A stretch of DNA of 64,000 bases from Chara braunii. Lineage: Eukaryota > Plantae > Charophyceae. The stretch's first letter is position 1; each line of letters opens with the position of its first letter. This document shows, piece by piece, positions 61,910-64,000 of the stretch. Where the stretch lies: contig BFEA01000031.1 in the NCBI GenBank assembly GCA_003427395.1, positions 163,097-227,096 of the forward strand. The letters are read 5' to 3'. A program made the translations under genes and the position numbers. Below the pieces are notes generated by a model. It ran no database searches. It saw nothing but the letters and a program-made list of their open reading frames with translations, and was not told where the DNA came from.

Positions 61910-64000
61910 GAGGGAAAAACGCCGGACCCCCTCAACCCGAAGGGGGCCCGGCGTTTGTGAAACGCCAGACCCCCCCACACCCCCAAAGGGGTCCGACGTT
62001 TGTGAAACGCCGGACCCCCCACACCCTAAAAGGGGTCCGGAGTTTCACAAACGCCGGACCCCTCCCCCCACACCCCCGAAGGTGAAACACCGAACCCCCG
62101 CACCCCCCAAAGGGGTCCGGCGTTTCACAAACGCTGGACCCCCCACACACACACAAATGGGTCTGGCGTTTCACAAACGCCGGACCCCGCATACATACAC
62201 AAAAGGGTCTGGCGTTTCACAAACGCCAGACCCACCCAACCCCCGAAGGGGTCCTGCGTTTGTGAAACGTCGGACCCCCCAACACCCCCAAAGGGGTCCT
62301 GCGTTTCACGAACGCCGGACGCCCCCAACCCCTGAAGGGGTCCTGCGTTTGTGAAACGCCGGACCCCCCAACACCCCCAAGGGGGTCCTGCGTTTGTGAA
62401 ACGCAGGACCCCCCAACACCCCAAAAGGGGTCCTGCGTTTCACAAACGCCGGACACAGCACACACACAAAGGGGTCTGACGTTTCACAAACGCCGGACCC
62501 ACCCAACCCCCGAAGGGGTCCTGCGTTTGTGAAACGCTGGACCCCCCAACACCCCCAAGGGGGTCCTGCGTTTCACAAACGCCGGACCCCCCCAACCCCC
62601 AAAGGGGTCATGCGTTTGTGAAATGCCGGACCCCCCAACACCCCCAAAGGGGTCCCGCGTTTGTGAAACCCCGAACCCCCCAATACCCCCAAAGGGGTCC
62701 TGCGTTTCACAAACGTCGGACCCCCCCAACCCCCGAAGGGATCCGGCGTTTGTGAAACGCCGGAACCCCCAACACCCCCAAAGGGGTCCTGCGTTTGTGA
62801 AACGCCGGACCCCCCAACACCCCGAAAGCAGTCTTGCGTTTCACAAACGCCGGACAAAGGGGTCTGGCGTTTCACAAACGTCGAACCCCCGAACACCCCC
62901 AAAGGGGTCCTGCGTTTCACAAACGCCTGACCCCCCACACACACAAAGGGGTCTGGCGTTTCACAAACGCCGGACCCACCCAACCCCCGAAGGGGTCCTG
63001 CGTTTGTGAAACGTCGGACCCCAAAACACCCCCAAAGGGGTCCTGCGTTTCACAAACGCCGGACCCCCCCAACCCCCGAAGGGGTCCTGCGTTTGTGAAA
63101 CGCCGGACCCCCCAACACCCCCAAAGGGGTCCTGCGTTTCACAAACGTCGGACCCCGCACAAACACACAAAGGGGTCTGGCGTTTCACAAACGCCGGACC
63201 CCCCAACACCCCCAAAGGGGTCCTGCGTTTCACAAACGCCGGAACCCCCCCACACACAAAGGGGTCTGGCGTTTCACAAACGCCGGACCCACCCAACCCC
63301 CGAAGGGGTCCTGCGTTTGTGAAACGCCGGACCCCCCAACATCCCCAAAGGGGTCCTGCGTTTCACAAACGTCGGATCCCCCCCAACCCCCGAAGGGGTC
63401 CTGCGTTTGTGAAACGCCAGACCCCCCAACACCCCCAAAGGGGTCCTGCGTTTCACAAACGCCGGACCCCGCACACACACACAAAGGGGTCTGGCGTTTC
63501 ACAAACGTCCGACCCCCCAACACCCCCAAAGGGGTCCTGCGTTTCACAAACACCGGATCCCCCCACACACAAAGGGGTCTGGTGTTTCACAAACGCCGGA
63601 CCCACCTAACCCCCGAAGGGGTCCTGCGTTTGTGAAACGCCGGGCCCCCCAACACCCCCAAAGGGGTCCTGTGTTTCACAAACACCGGACCCCCCAAACC
63701 CCCAAAGGGGTCCTGCGTTTGTGAAACGCCGGACCCCCCAACACCCCCAAAGGGGTCTGCGTTTCACAAACGCCGGACCCCGCACACACACACAAAGGGG
63801 TCTGGCGTTTCACAAACGCCGGACACCCCAACACCCCCAAAGGGGTCCTGCGTTTCACAAACGCCGGACCCCCCACACCCCCGAAGGGTCCGGCGTTTCA
63901 CAAATGCCGGACCCCCCCAACCCCCGAAGGGGTCCTGCGTTTGTGAAACGCCGGACCCCCCAACACCCCCAAAGGGGTCCTGCGTTTCACAAACGCCGGA
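61910..64000. repeat. Tandem array of ~40-45-bp palindromic units
   Basis: GGGGTCC(T/G)GCGTTT-(CAC or GTG)-AAACGCCGGACCCC plus short C/A-rich spacers. Roughly 50 units, running off the end of the window. Confidence 0.95.

Noticed and set aside
61932-63876. Repetitive ORFs (GPAFVKRRTP etc.)
   Set aside because: These are translations of the tandem array, open in several frames on both strands.
61910-64000. CRISPR array
   Set aside because: The spacers are only about 8-15 nt, low-complexity and recurrent. There are no cas genes, and the context is a eukaryotic transposon.

Overview
This is repeat-saturated eukaryotic DNA with no recognisable intact host gene. It has four assembly gaps (about 2850-3618, 29586-30298, 56205-56662, 61566-61909) and one Nextera mate-pair adapter remnant. 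The element content suggests a streptophyte alga such as Chara; this is inference only. Main content: (1) three decayed copies of a Penelope-like retroelement (PLE) with the order CCHC-knuckle/coiled-coil ORF1, then GIY-YIG, then CxC-H linker, then RT (about 0.2-1.9 kb +, 22.6-28.8 kb -, 52.6-56.1 kb +). (2) About nine copies of a ~120-nt element carrying a type III hammerhead ribozyme, mostly joined to (TA)n tracts; several copies start at or just after the self-cleavage site. (3) Nested L1/Tx1-like LINEs with readable target-site duplications (TSDs), including a twin-primed 5'-inverted copy and a 12-kb full-length copy, all sharing a structured 3' tail. (4) PIF/Harbinger-type ends and MITEs. 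(5) A Sola-like DDD transposase next to a >2-kb palindromic tandem array whose 3-nt loop flips orientation. All calls come from reading the sequence by eye; no searches were run.
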